Shown: piece after piece, positions 1-9,154 of the stretch
How the letters are laid out: every line of letters begins with the position of its first letter
How positions within the stretch are numbered: position 1 is the stretch's first letter
From: Delftia acidovorans NBRC 14950
Lineage (GTDB): Bacteria > Pseudomonadota > Gammaproteobacteria > Burkholderiales > Burkholderiaceae_C
Direction of reading: 5' to 3'
Assembly (NCBI RefSeq): GCF_001598795.1
Contig: NZ_BCZP01000006.1
Coordinates: forward strand, 1 to 32,000
Length of the DNA stretch: 32,000 nt
Notes under the pieces: model-generated
Seen by the model: only the letters and a program-made list of their open reading frames with translations
Told to the model about the DNA's origin: nothing
Database searches by the model: none
Position numbers and translations under genes: made by a program

Positions 1-1370
1 TTGCGTGGAACCCAACTCCAGGCCGCTCACACTGATGTATGCGTAGCTCTGCCCTGCAGGAATCGTCACCGTCGCAGGCGTCTCGCATACCTCCGCTGCC
101 ACGCAACGCAGATTCACCGTCACTGCATCGGCTCCGTTGCTGACCACGCCATTGATCAGGCGCTCCACATACAACTCGCTGCTGTAGCTGTACAGCCCCT
201 TGCCCACGATCAGCTTGTCGCCGCCATACCTCGTCAGCCTCAGTGCAAATTTCGCTCTCACATTCACCTTCAACGCCTTGGCAATCAGCCCCGCAGACGT
301 TATGTCCAGCGCTGTCTCTCCCACGGCCAGCGCTTTCACGGTGATCGGCGTCGTCCCATAGATCTGCCCCTGCGGAATGAAAACCTCGGCGGGCGTCACG
401 CTGGCCACCGCAGGATCTCTGCTGGCCACCGACACCGTGACACCACCCTGCGGCGCCGCCTTGCTCAACTGCACACGCAAGACCCTGCTCAGCTCCTCAT
501 TCATCACCAGATCGGCGGAGGGATCGGTGTTGAGGCTGATGGCGTCCACGCGCAACGCGGCCTGCGCCGGCTGATAGCCGGCAGCAGTGGCTGTGATGCG
601 GGTCGTGCCCAGGGTCTGGCCTGCCACCGTGAAGGCTGCCTTGCTCTGCCCCGCAGGGATCTGCACGGACGCAGGCACCTGCGCCAACCCTGACTGCTCC
701 ACTACGAGGCTGACGACCAGCCCTGCCGAGGGAGCTGGCTCAGTGGTTTCGATGGTCACGCTGGCCTGCGCACCAGGCGCCACGATGACGCTGGCCGGCA
801 GCACCAGTGCCTTGCCACGCACTGAGACCGTGGCCAGCGCACTGGCATGGCCTTCGGCCTGGGCTGTCAGCCGGCTGCTGCCATCAGCAAGGCCCGTCAC
901 CTCGAAGCTGGCGCCTTGTTGACCGGCCGGGACCAGCACGGACGATGGAACAGAGAGCACGTTGGCGTCGGAATTGCCCAACTGCACGCTCACACCACCG
1001 ACGGGTGCCGGCGCAGGCAGCGACACAGTCATGGGATACGGCCGGTTGACACCAACCGTGGGGCTGCCGGGGACAAGGCCCAGCGAGGGCAGGTTGACGA
1101 CTTCGATCTGCGTTTCGGCCAAGCCCAGCGTGGCGTGGCTTGCGGTGATGCGGGTGGCGCCCAGGGTGCTGGCCTGTACCTCCAGGTCCGCGCTGGTCTG
1201 CCCCGGGGCCACGGTGACCCGCGATACGGCCGAAGCCACCGAGGGCACACTGCTGGTGATGTCCACTACCACGCCTTGTGCAGGTGCAGGCGCGTTGAGC
1301 GAGACCCTCAGCATGGCGACCACGCCGGGACTGAGCCGGAGCCTGGCGGGCTCGATGGACAAGGGCGCCT
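1..1370 (-). repeat. Tandem protein-level repeat region (at least 5 units, period roughly 270-290 nt) inside the 1..2022 CDS
   Basis: Unit boundaries read from my translation fall at about 1370, 1096, 815, 545 and 258. Each unit has an (S/T)L..PAP..G..V.L core and a later motif: VAPGQTSADLEV, VPAGQQGASFEV, IPAGQSKAAFTV, IPQGQIYGTTPITV, IPAGQSYAYISV. The repeats are diverged at DNA level and are not identical copies. Confidence 0.65.
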
Positions 1371-2022
1371 GACCTATCTGGATGAGGCCCTGCTGCACCA
1401 GGTAGGGAATGCCGACCATGCCCCAGATGACCTGAGAGCGAATGGCGCCCGAAGGAACTGCAATGGCATTCAGCGAGTTGCCCTTTGCCGAGTTTCCTTT
1501 GCCGGTCGGCGAGGACGCAAGATCAACGCCGATGGCCGGGCCGCTGTGGTGATTGAAGGCCGTGTTGTTGATGGAAGGGGCAGCGTTCTCGATGACCACG
1601 CCGCTGCCGTATTCGATGGTGACGTGGTCCAGCAGCGTCTGGGCGCTGCGCGTGCCGGCCGTCATGCGCCATTGCCGCCAATCCCCAGGCGCAGGGGTTG
1701 TGGCGGCCGAGGTGATGAGGATGGGCTTGTCAGGTGTGCCAACAGCTTGCAGCGCTCCCTTTTTGAGCACGAAACTGGCGCCAGGAGCCATGCGCAGGGT
1801 CACCCCCGGCTCGATGGTCAGCGTTGCATCGGCATCCAGTACCACATCGCCTTGCACAAGGTACGGCGACTGGGCGGCACGCAGCACCGCGTTGCTGGAG
1901 ATGATGCCGCTCAACGTTGTCTGGCCCCAGGCCGGAGAGAGCAGCATCAGCGGCAAAGCAAGAAAGGCTGCCAGCCATATCCTTGCCGAGCCAGCCTTTC
2001 TGGCCAGTGCGGCCAGGGCCAT
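1..2022 (-). CDS. Secreted repeat protein, 3'-truncated by the window edge. It has a signal peptide, a right-handed beta-helix-like N-terminal module, and at least five tandem ~90-aa beta-sandwich (Ig-like) repeats.
   Basis: Absent from the supplied ORF track because there is no stop inside the window. My own reverse-strand translation from ATG 2022 stays open to position 1. It reads MALAALARKAGSARIWLAAFLALPLMLLSPAWGQTTLSGIISSNAVLRAAQSPYLVQGDVVLDADATLTIEPGVTLRMAPGASFVLKKGALQAVGTPDKPILITS..., followed by repeats carrying V/IPAGQ..A.F.V.G...G..RITA motifs. Third-position GC bias matches the neighbouring genes. Alternative in-frame starts are GTG 2037, ATG 2070 and ATG 2112; the last has the best SD-like GGGGGAAG. 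Confidence 0.75.
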   Translation of the reverse strand, partial: MALAALARKAGSARIWLAAFLALPLMLLSPAWGQTTLSGIISSNAVLRAAQSPYLVQGDVVLDADATLTIEPGVTLRMAPGASFVLKKGALQAVGTPDKPILITSAATTPAPGDWRQWRMTAGTRSAQTLLDHVTIEYGSGVVIENAAPSINNTAFNHHSGPAIGVDLASSPTGKGNSAKGNSLNAIAVPSGAIRSQVIWGMVGIPYLVQQGLIQIGQAPLSIEPARLRLSPGVVAMLRVSLNAPAPAQGVVVDITSSVPSVASAVSRVTVAPGQTSADLEVQASTLGATRITASHATLGLAETQIEVVNLPSLGLVPGSPTVGVNRPYPMTVSLPAPAPVGGVSVQLGNSDANVLSVPSSVLVPAGQQGASFEVTGLADGSSRLTAQAEGHASALATVSVRGKALVLPASVIVAPGAQASVTIETTEPAPSAGLVVSLVVEQSGLAQVPASVQIPAGQSKAAFTVAGQTLGTTRITATAAGYQPAQAALRVDAISLNTDPSADLVMNEELSRVLRVQLSKAAPQGGVTVSVASRDPAVASVTPAEVFIPQGQIYGTTPITVKALAVGETALDITSAGLIAKALKVNVRAKFALRLTRYGGDKLIVGKGLYSYSSELYVERLINGVVSNGADAVTVNLRCVAAEVCETPATVTIPAGQSYAYISVSGLELGSTQ

Positions 2023-2158
2023 GGCATGCCACTGCACGGGATTTCTCGCCCTCCCTGTGCCCTCACCCATGCACACACTCACAGACTCTTCAGATCGCCC
2101 GCTGTCCTGCATCACCACTTCCCCCCCAATCCTTGGCTCGTTCAATCGTTGTGCTTGC

Positions 2159-3103
2159 TCAAAACCGCCCGCATGCCGCCTGAAGCCGGTGGCCTGCCGT
2201 TGTTCCGATGGCCTGCATGCTCGCCACCTGGGCCTGATAGGCCTGCCACCCGCCCAGCAGCCAGTACACGGGCACTGCGTCAGGCCGGTGACCCAAAGAG
2301 GCCTGTTGCTTTGCCAATCGGGCACGCAACTCAGGCTCCGTCGAAGCATCAGCTATGACCACCAAAGCCCGGGACGCGGAGCCTCCTGGCTGGTCGCCGC
2401 GTGCCTTGCGGCTGGCCATGGCGTTCAGTTGGATGGCCAGATCGTGCGTGGCGACCAACCGGTGCGTTTGTTGTTCGTCAACGGGTGACTGCACAGCCGG
2501 CGCCGCATCCAGGGCCTTGCTGAGGGAAAGCACCGTCCATTCAATGCCTTGTCCCAGGCTGGCGATCCAGTCGCTGGCGGACAGGTCATGCAGCCTGGCC
2601 GATGCCGTGGGATGCAGGGCCACCGCCGCGCCGCCCAGCAAGGCCTTCACACGGCCAAAGCCCTGGCTGCGCAATTGCCGGCATGCCGAGTCAAGGTCCG
2701 CATGGTCCAGCCCGGTGCCCAGCAGGATGACTTCCTCCTGCATCAGAAAGCGCTTGCCTTGCAGCTGCGGCAAATCCATCTGCAGGGCCTGCGCGACGGG
2801 GGTAGCGCGCCTGTGCTGCGCCGGCCGAACGTCAACGAGCATGGCCGCCTGTGCGCCAGGGGAAACAAGGCGCTGCCGCCACTCGGCAGGACTCATCCAG
2901 CAGGAAGGGGTCAACGCCAGAGGCGGCACCTGACGGGGCCACGTCACAGGGGACTCGGCGGCCCTTGCGTCCCGTACGGCATGCGCGTCTGCCCGACAGG
3001 ACTGCGGCTCGGCATCGGTCTGCGCCCGCAATGGTGCAGCCACCAGGACGGCTGCGCACACCGCCACTGCATGCGCCAGGCCACAAAAACGACGCAGGCT
3101 CAT
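2159..3103 (-). CDS. Secreted protein with two rhodanese-homology-like domains that lack the catalytic cysteine
   Basis: 314-aa ORF with signal peptide MSLRRFCGLAHAVAVCAAVLVAAPLRAQ. Rhodanese-like scaffolds are AMLVDVRP...EEVILLGTGLDHADL...LRSQGFGRVKALLGG and ALVVIADASTEPEL...VYWLLGGWQAY. The active-site loop positions carry G/D instead of Cys. Its start overlaps the upstream stop (ATGA at 3100-3103). The fold assignment is by eye only. Confidence 0.6.
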   Translation of the reverse strand: MSLRRFCGLAHAVAVCAAVLVAAPLRAQTDAEPQSCRADAHAVRDARAAESPVTWPRQVPPLALTPSCWMSPAEWRQRLVSPGAQAAMLVDVRPAQHRRATPVAQALQMDLPQLQGKRFLMQEEVILLGTGLDHADLDSACRQLRSQGFGRVKALLGGAAVALHPTASARLHDLSASDWIASLGQGIEWTVLSLSKALDAAPAVQSPVDEQQTHRLVATHDLAIQLNAMASRKARGDQPGGSASRALVVIADASTEPELRARLAKQQASLGHRPDAVPVYWLLGGWQAYQAQVASMQAIGTTAGHRLQAACGRF

Positions 3104-6100
3104 GCATCCATCCCCGCGCCTGCACGTGCGGCGCGTCGGCGCCGGTGCTGCAGGCAGGCGCCCAAGGCCATGAGGGCGGACAACAGGGCCAGGCCCGCCG
3201 CCTCCAGGCCAGGCACCGCCGTCAACTGATCCTCAGGCAGCGGCCCGGACTGTATGACGGGGCCGCCCGGGTCCTTGATGACGCCATTGGCCTGCAGGTC
3301 ATCGTCGCCCAACTGGCCATCGGTAATGGTGTAGCTGATGCGGTTGCCGCTGATCGACAGGTTCCTGGGCGCATACCAGATGCTGCGGCCCTGCGAATAG
3401 GGCGTGGGCCCGTACTTCAGGTAGCTGCTGATGCCGAACAGGTTGGGCCATTCGGTGGTGACCGTGACGGTACTGCCGACGTCGCAGCCAGTCAGTTCGT
3501 AGTCGAACACGCCGTGCGGAAAGAGCAGCACGTTGAACAGCGGCAGCCAGCCCTCGGGCTTGCGTACGGCTGTCTTGTCCGGGTTGAAGCGGCAGTTGGC
3601 GCCGCCGCCCGCCACCGAGGCTTTCAGCGTGCCGGAGCCGCTGGGTGTGGGCAAGGCCACATCCTTGCCGCCCACAGGCGCGGCCTGGTTTTGCAGGGAT
3701 ACGCGCAAGGCTTCGCCCACACCGGCCGCTGTCACGCGCATCTCGAATGCGCCCACCAGTCCATTGGCACGAAGCCCGGGCGAAGCGGCAACGCCGGCCG
3801 CATCGGTGACGGCCTGCGCTGCGAGCGTGCCGCCGTCAAACACGGCGCTCGCTCCGCTATCCGGCAGCGCAAAGACCACGGCGTGGCCGGCCACGGCGGC
3901 GCCCTGCGCATCGGTGACCTTGACACGTACAGGTGCCGCATAGGCCGTCCCCACGGTGGCCGTCTGCCCATCCCCTGTCAACTTGACAATGCGCAGCACG
4001 GGCGCCGTGCCATCCAGGTTGCCCAGCGTGAAGCGCACGCCGCCGGGCAAGGCCTCGACGCCGGCGGATACGGTGAAGCTGCCCGCAGCGCCAGTGGCTG
4101 TCATGACCGGGCTGCGTGCCAGGCCCTGTGCGTCGGTGAGCACGCGCGCCTGGCGGCTGCCGCCGGCAAAGCGTGCGGAGGCCCCGCTGGCGGGAGCGTC
4201 GAATGTGACTTCCTGCCCCGCCACCGGGTTGCCGTCAGCCGTCTGCAGGCGCACCTGCAGCGGCAGCGCAAACGGCTGCTCCAGCCTGGCGGACTGCAGG
4301 TCGCCGGACACGATGGAAAGCGTCCAATCCCGCGCGGGCTCCTCCTTCCACTGGGCGGCGACAAGGCCTATCCACTGCGCCAGCGATTGCAGGGCCACAT
4401 TCCGGGTACCGTGGGATGGCAGCTCCCTCAACAGGGGCTGGGCCTGCACCAGGGCCGAGAGGGCCTGGGCCGGCTTTTGCTGCTCCATGGCAACCCGGGC
4501 CTGGCCCAGCAATGCCTCGACGGCCTGTCGCTGGTCTGCCGTGGCCTGCGCCAGCGCAGCCACTGCAGCCCGGGTGTTAGCGGCGGCTTGAGGTTCTGCG
4601 ATGACGGTGACTGGCTGCGACCAGCTGTCCACCAGCGACTTGTCGCCGGCCTTGCGCAACTGCGTCTCGACCGTGGTGGCCAGCGAGGTGCCGGGCAGGC
4701 CCAGCCAGGCCTGAACCTGCAATTCGGCCTGGGAGGCGGGCTCCAGGGTCCACCTGACCCGATCCCCGTCGACCACGGCCTGCGGCGAGGAGGAGCGCAG
4801 CTTCATGCCACTGGCCAGGGTCATGGCCTGCTCCAGCGCAACGGCTTGCGTGCTGCGGTTGGCAATGCTGGTTCTGACGCGCACGGCAGATTGCGCCAGC
4901 ATTGGCTCGGACACAGGCGGAACCAGAGCAGTGAAGCGCGTCTTGATCCAGTCTTTCCACGAAGCCGCAACCGCGCCTTGCGCCAGGGCATCGAAGCCGA
5001 TCACCAGCACCTGGCCCTTGCCGTGGGCCACGCCCAACGCAGCGGCCTGCCCTGTGCTATAGCGGGCCAGTTCCGAGCCTGCACCCTCGTTCTGCAACGC
5101 CCACGCTCGGCCTTGCAGCGCCAGCGCCGCATCGCCCAAGCCTGCATCGCCCAGGAGCACAGAGGCACCCGCAGGCAGCGGCTGGCCTGAACGGCTGCCC
5201 CCCCAGACGTCGGCCAGGGTGTCCGGCAACGCGCCCGGTGCGCCATCGATGACCAGCGAGGCACCGCGGTAGACGGCGGCCCGCACTTCCTCCATCTGGG
5301 AAGCGGCCAGGTCGTCCACCGATCCATGGAGCCAGAGCGCGCTGAAGTCACCGGCACGCAAGGCCTTGCGGAGCTCACTTGGGGTGACCGCCAACTGCAC
5401 CGAACCATCGGCCTGCGCCAGCAGATCCTGCAGGGCCTGGCGCTTGCCGTCCGTGCAAGCGGTATCGGCGCCGCATGCGGCATAGGCCAGCACACGCAGG
5501 CCCTGGTCCAGGGTCTGCGAAGCGGCCACGAAGGCCTCCTGCTCGCGCCTGAGCAGGGTACTGGCCGCGTTGTTGCCGGTGACGGGGTCGCGGGTGGCCG
5601 CGCCGATGCGTGCGGCCAGCAGGAATTCCCTGGCCGTGGAGCCTGCTGCAGGACGCACCTGCAGCACCAGGGTGGGGGCGGAGTCCTTGGCCATGTCGCC
5701 CAGGGTCCAGCGGCCCTGTGAATAGCTGCCCACCGATGCCGACTGGCTGGCGATCTCCAGCCCCTGGGGCAGGTCCACATGGACGACGGTGGCCGCTGCC
5801 ATGGCCGGCCCGGCATTGCGTGCCGTGATGGTGACCGTGGAGCCACCGTCGCGCGCCATGGTGGCCGGTGCCGCCGTCACGCTGATGCCAATGTCCGCTT
5901 CCGGTTCGGGATCTGGCCCGGTCACCTTGGCGGAGCGCTTTGCAAACAGATAGCCCGCAGCCGCCGTACCGGTGGCCAGATCAATGCCCGATATGCGTCC
6001 CGGCGCGGACTGGCCGCCCGCCGTGCCCGCAAGCGCAGCGCCATCGACCAGCCCCTCGCTGACGGCAGCCGACAGCGCATAGCTGCCCTGCAGCAGTCCA

Positions 6101-7614
6101 TCGAATCGGAATTGGCCCTGGGCATCGGTGTGGGCAGTGGCCAGCACCGACTCCCCGGTGCCTGCCCGCGTACCGGTGAGCTTGATTTCGAGCACGGGGA
6201 TGGCGGGCTCGCCTGCATCGCGCAGCCCGTTTGCATTGCGGTCCTCGAAGGCCGCGCCGGCAATGCTGGCCTGTGCCTGGCCAGCGACCAGACCGATGGT
6301 GTAGCGGCCCGTGGTGTTCACGTCGAACAGGTTCAGGTAATAGCTCCAGCTCAGGTCCTCGTTGCGCTGCCTGGACAGCCAGACGTTTTCGCCAGGAACG
6401 ACGTAGCCGTCGGAGCGGACCACCTGCAGGGGAAGACGGGTGCCCCTGGAGGGATCGGGCACGCGCGCATAGGCCATGCCATTGGCCACGGGATTGAACT
6501 GCAGGCTGGCGGTGGCACCGGAGGGCACGAATTGGGCGGATCGGCTTTGATCGCTGACCTCGGTATCCACGCCATCGGATTCATAGACGCGGTAGACATC
6601 TCCATCCAGGGCCAGAAAATCGCGGACCTTGTCGCGTCCTGGAAGATCGACACGCACATCCTGGACCAATTGATGGGTATTGACGGTCTTGATCAGGGAC
6701 GTCAGGGCACCGCCCAGCGAATCCGCATGGGTGAATCCGGCCGTGAATTCGACAAATTTGCCGGCCAGGCTGGACACCATGTTCCAGCGCCCATGCAGGG
6801 ACGATCCCGGCGTGATGTCGCCAAAGTCGAGCAGCAGGCTTTTGCCTGCTGGCGCATCGTTGACATAGCCGCTCAGAATCTGGAAATTGACAAGCAGCCC
6901 TTGCCGGTTTTCGACAATGCGGGGCTGGGCGGTATCGATCTTGGTCTTGTACGAAGTGCCACCACCACTGTTTTTGATGCGCACGCCCAGCGTGAAGGGG
7001 TCGGAAGGTTCGACCTCGGGTGTGAAGGCATCGTCACCCGGAACGTCACGGGGCAGGAAGTAGTCAAGCACCAGTTCAGGCTGGGGCCGCACGACGATGG
7101 ACTCTGGTGCGACCTCGACGGTGTCGGTCTTGCCATCCAGCGTGTAGGTAACCTTGGCGCCTATGTAGTAGACCGCACCCTGGGGATCGCGGCCGCCCGT
7201 GCCGGCTGCGGGAATGATCAGCCATCGGACATTGGCGACGGCCTTGGGAGCAATCGTGCCGCCCTGCAGGGAAGTGATGCCCTCGACCCCATCCGTGCGG
7301 TAGAAAAAGCGGGCTCCGGAGGCTGCGGAATCCGTGGTGGCAATCACCGTCTGGTTGTTCGCATCCAGGAACTGCAGCGTGATGCTGACGTTCTCCAGCT
7401 TTTGGTCCGCCAAGCCATTGGTGATCACCATCCTGGCGTCAAATGCCTGGCGCTCCAGCGAGAGTTTTTGCTCTATGACAATCTTGACTTCGGCACATAC
7501 CGCATCGGCGGCCTGTGCAAAGGCAATGCCGATGGTTCCTGCAATGGCAAACACCGTGCCAATCAATAGCACCAGCCATCTGGGCGCAATCCTCCCCGAG
7601 TCTTTCCACTCCAT
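3100..7614 (-). CDS. Giant (1504 aa) multidomain surface or adhesin-like protein with a C-terminal sorting-type tail
   Basis: A GGAGG SD lies 6 nt upstream of ATG 7614. There is an N-terminal signal/anchor (WLVLLIGTVFAIAGTIGIAFAQA). Recognisable modules: an SdrD-B/Cna-B-like segment (FEDRNANGLRDAGEPAIPVLEIKLTG...DAQGQFRFDGLLQGSYAL); a DUF11-like repeat (ADIGISVTAAPATMARDGGSTVTITARNAGPA); two Big_1-like Ig domains (SGDLQSARLEQPFALPLQVRLQTADGNPVAGQEVTF and GDGQTATVGTAYAAPVRVKVTDAQGAAVAGHAVVF); and a choice-of-anchor-like module (FPHGVFDYELTGC..YLKYGPTP..WY..ITDGQLGDDDLQANGVIKDPGGP). The tail is VPGLEAAGLALLSALMALGACLQHRRRR. Confidence 0.9.
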   Translation of the reverse strand: MEWKDSGRIAPRWLVLLIGTVFAIAGTIGIAFAQAADAVCAEVKIVIEQKLSLERQAFDARMVITNGLADQKLENVSITLQFLDANNQTVIATTDSAASGARFFYRTDGVEGITSLQGGTIAPKAVANVRWLIIPAAGTGGRDPQGAVYYIGAKVTYTLDGKTDTVEVAPESIVVRPQPELVLDYFLPRDVPGDDAFTPEVEPSDPFTLGVRIKNSGGGTSYKTKIDTAQPRIVENRQGLLVNFQILSGYVNDAPAGKSLLLDFGDITPGSSLHGRWNMVSSLAGKFVEFTAGFTHADSLGGALTSLIKTVNTHQLVQDVRVDLPGRDKVRDFLALDGDVYRVYESDGVDTEVSDQSRSAQFVPSGATASLQFNPVANGMAYARVPDPSRGTRLPLQVVRSDGYVVPGENVWLSRQRNEDLSWSYYLNLFDVNTTGRYTIGLVAGQAQASIAGAAFEDRNANGLRDAGEPAIPVLEIKLTGTRAGTGESVLATAHTDAQGQFRFDGLLQGSYALSAAVSEGLVDGAALAGTAGGQSAPGRISGIDLATGTAAAGYLFAKRSAKVTGPDPEPEADIGISVTAAPATMARDGGSTVTITARNAGPAMAAATVVHVDLPQGLEIASQSASVGSYSQGRWTLGDMAKDSAPTLVLQVRPAAGSTAREFLLAARIGAATRDPVTGNNAASTLLRREQEAFVAASQTLDQGLRVLAYAACGADTACTDGKRQALQDLLAQADGSVQLAVTPSELRKALRAGDFSALWLHGSVDDLAASQMEEVRAAVYRGASLVIDGAPGALPDTLADVWGGSRSGQPLPAGASVLLGDAGLGDAALALQGRAWALQNEGAGSELARYSTGQAAALGVAHGKGQVLVIGFDALAQGAVAASWKDWIKTRFTALVPPVSEPMLAQSAVRVRTSIANRSTQAVALEQAMTLASGMKLRSSSPQAVVDGDRVRWTLEPASQAELQVQAWLGLPGTSLATTVETQLRKAGDKSLVDSWSQPVTVIAEPQAAANTRAAVAALAQATADQRQAVEALLGQARVAMEQQKPAQALSALVQAQPLLRELPSHGTRNVALQSLAQWIGLVAAQWKEEPARDWTLSIVSGDLQSARLEQPFALPLQVRLQTADGNPVAGQEVTFDAPASGASARFAGGSRQARVLTDAQGLARSPVMTATGAAGSFTVSAGVEALPGGVRFTLGNLDGTAPVLRIVKLTGDGQTATVGTAYAAPVRVKVTDAQGAAVAGHAVVFALPDSGASAVFDGGTLAAQAVTDAAGVAASPGLRANGLVGAFEMRVTAAGVGEALRVSLQNQAAPVGGKDVALPTPSGSGTLKASVAGGGANCRFNPDKTAVRKPEGWLPLFNVLLFPHGVFDYELTGCDVGSTVTVTTEWPNLFGISSYLKYGPTPYSQGRSIWYAPRNLSISGNRISYTITDGQLGDDDLQANGVIKDPGGPVIQSGPLPEDQLTAVPGLEAAGLALLSALMALGACLQHRRRRAARAGAGMDA

Positions 7615-7649
7615 AGCCCCTCCGTCCCCGCTCTATTCATTGGGCCGCG

Positions 7650-7678
7650 ATTGTATTGAAGTTCCTCATCCGTATCAA
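7650..7678 (-). promoter_or_regulatory. Predicted sigma70 promoter for the giant-protein operon (TTGATA-17 nt-TACAAT)
   Basis: The minus strand reads TTGATA (7678..7673), then a 17-nt spacer, then TACAAT (7655..7650). This sits about 35 nt upstream of ATG 7614 in the only AT-rich stretch of the region. Confidence 0.45.
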
Positions 7679-7754
7679 ATCGTGACTTGAAAAAATAATT
7701 AGCAAGCCAATTTAAATAAGACTTGTCCCATTTTCAAATGGCGCAACAAAAAAA

Positions 7755-7784
7755 TTGACACGCCCATCAGCGCTTCAGTAAAAG
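7755..7784 (+). promoter_or_regulatory. Candidate sigma70 promoter for the HtrA-family protease gene (TTGACA-17/18 nt-GTAAAA/TAAAAG)
   Basis: A perfect -35 TTGACA lies at 7755..7760, with a weak -10 at 7778..7784. It would give a 5' UTR of about 150 nt. Confidence 0.25.
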
Positions 7785-7932
7785 GAAAAAATCGGCACAT
7801 CCCGATATAGCAATGTCGGTTGTCCGGTGATTCATCGATCACCCAGCGCCCCAGCGAACGCGCCCACCACCGCCCTGTGTACGACATGCCTCACAATGAG
7901 GCCTTGTACTCCCGCACAGAACACCACACTTC

Positions 7933-9084
<1,152 letters not shown>

Positions 9085-9103
9085 CCCGGCCCCCGCCCCA
9101 ACG

Positions 9104-9133
9104 AAAAAAGCGCCTGTTCACAGGCGCTTTTTC
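9104..9133. terminator. Bidirectional rho-independent terminator between the convergent protease and mutarotase genes
   Basis: Sequence AAAAAAGCGCCTG-TTCA-CAGGCGCTTTTT. The 8-bp GC-rich stem (9109..9116 / 9121..9128) is flanked by an A-run and a T-run, so it is functional in both orientations. Confidence 0.8.
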
Positions 9134-9154
9134 CATTGCAGGGCCGGCGCTGAA

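Noticed and set aside
2851-5190. Very long ORFs on the strand opposite to the called genes. Examples: 2851..5190 (+, 779 aa), 5779..7569 (+), 847..2358 (+), 9984..11465 (-), 13618..14976 (+), 15598..16905 (+), 18207..19478 (+), 24875..26254 (+), 28361..29908 (+), 29872..31440 (+), 26732..27613 (+).
   Set aside because: Their translations are Arg/Gly/His/Ala/Pro-rich low-complexity strings with no recognisable motifs. Each lies exactly antisense to a gene with clear family signatures. This is the usual stop-codon-poor antisense shadow seen in GC-rich DNA.
7699-7887. 62-aa minus-strand ORF (MSYTGRWWARSLGRW...) in the AT-rich divergent intergenic region.
   Set aside because: It has no SD, no recognisable motif and odd composition, and it spans the predicted promoter of the protease gene. 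It is most likely a chance ORF in AT-rich DNA. A small protein or sRNA cannot be excluded without expression data.
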